The translations under genes were made by a program, and so were the position numbers. A stretch of 64,000 nt of DNA from an uncultured delta proteobacterium (GTDB lineage: Bacteria; Myxococcota_A; Polyangia; Polyangiales; JAFGIB01), in contig CAVZVA010000011.1 of NCBI GenBank assembly GCA_963778655.1, positions 128,001 to 192,000 of the forward strand, written 5' to 3'. Of this stretch, positions 63,072-64,000 are shown in pieces. Below the pieces are notes generated by a model, which searched no databases, was not told where the DNA came from, and worked only from the letters and a program-made list of their open reading frames with translations. How positions within the stretch are numbered: the first letter of the stretch is position 1; each line of letters opens with the position of its first letter.

Positions 63072-64000
63072 GCCACACCTCCCGCGCTCAGCCGCGCGCT
63101 CTTGGCCACGAACACGTCGTCGAGCACGGCCGCGGCGTCGAGCACCAGCACCAGGCGCTGATCGCCGAGGTCGGTCGCCCCCGCGATCCCGCGCACCCCG
63201 CGCAGGCTCGCGCCGAGCGGCTTGATCACGATGTCCTGCTGCCCGGAGATGCGCTCGACCGCAACGCCCAGCCGCCGGTTGCCCACCAGCAGCACGACCA
63301 CGTGCTGGTCGTACGCGCTGACCTCGGGCTGGGAGAAGCGCAGCAGCTCGCCCAGGCGGCAAAGCACCAGCGTCGAGCCGCGCAGGTCCACGACCTCGCG
63401 CCCGTCGACCAGGCGGATCGCCTCCGGATCGAGCCGGACCACCTCCTGCACCGCAGCCAGCGGCAGCGCCATGGTGCGGCCGCGCACCGAGAACACCAGC
63501 GCGGAGATGATCGCGAGCGTGATCGGCAACGTGATCACGAAGGTGGTGGCGACGCCCGCCTCGCTGCGCACCTCGACCGTGCCGCCCAGCCGCTGCACGT
63601 TGGTGCGCACGACGTCCAGCCCAACGCCTCGGCCCGAGACATCGCTGACGGTGGCGCTGGTGCTGAGGCCGGGGACGAAGATCAGGTCCATCAGCTCCTG
63701 CGACGACAGCTCGCCGTGCTGCTCGGGACGCAGCAAGCCGCGCGCGATCGCGGTCTCGCGGATCTCCGCCGGGTCGATGCCGCGACCGTCGTCCCGCACC
63801 TGGACCACCACGTGGTTGCCCTTCTGGTAGGCGTGGATCTCGATGTTGGCTTGCTCCGGCTTGGCAGCCTGCCGCCGCGCCTCGGCGCTCTCGATGCCAT
63901 GGTCGACCGCGTTGCGCACCAGGTGCACGAGCGGATCGGCGATCTCCTCGGCGATCAGCTTATCGACCTCGGTGTCGGCGCCGCGCACCGCGAGCTGCAC
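63068..64000 (-). CDS. cheA: Chemotaxis kinase CheA, 5' part outside the window
   Basis: DPLVHLVRNAVDHGIE, DDGRG, SGRGVGLDVV, C-terminal CheW domain. Confidence 0.96.
   Translation of the reverse strand: MQLAVRGADTEVDKLIAEEIADPLVHLVRNAVDHGIESAEARRQAAKPEQANIEIHAYQKGNHVVVQVRDDGRGIDPAEIRETAIARGLLRPEQHGELSSQELMDLIFVPGLSTSATVSDVSGRGVGLDVVRTNVQRLGGTVEVRSEAGVATTFVITLPITLAIISALVFSVRGRTMALPLAAVQEVVRLDPEAIRLVDGREVVDLRGSTLVLCRLGELLRFSQPEVSAYDQHVVVLLVGNRRLGVAVERISGQQDIVIKPLGASLRGVRGIAGATDLGDQRLVLVLDAAAVLDDVFVAKSARLSAGGVA

Overview
High-GC window that looks myxobacterial (Polyangiales/Sandaracinaceae-like, inferred from Cys-rich lipoproteins, PEGA/TPR + Ser/Thr kinase genes and an IgGFc-binding lipoprotein). 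Positions 1-4114 are the visibly more A/T-rich edge of a decaying island at the 3' end of tRNA-Pro(TGG). It holds an intact ISAs1 element with 21-bp IRs and a 10-bp TSD, hicB-hicA, a broken ORF and a secreted HELxE protein. The rest is mostly core chromosome: rph-rdgB, pyrG, dnaX(frameshifted)-ybaB-recR, alaS, recN, a dciA-like gene, trpFBA, a che cluster, a MoxR/DUF58 cluster and a small glycosylation cluster. The most unusual part is 10.5-24.3 kb, a candidate sphingolipid remodelling/catabolism locus. It contains a close look-alike of fungal sphingolipid C9-methyltransferase with a divergent TetR, a FadB, a translationally coupled TPR-PEGA/lipoprotein/lipoprotein/neutral-ceramidase operon divergent from a Ser/Thr kinase, and an acyl-CoA ligase. 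Two families of dispersed structured intergenic repeats and an orphan FlhA/SctV gene are also present. All family calls come from motif recognition by eye; no database searches were run.
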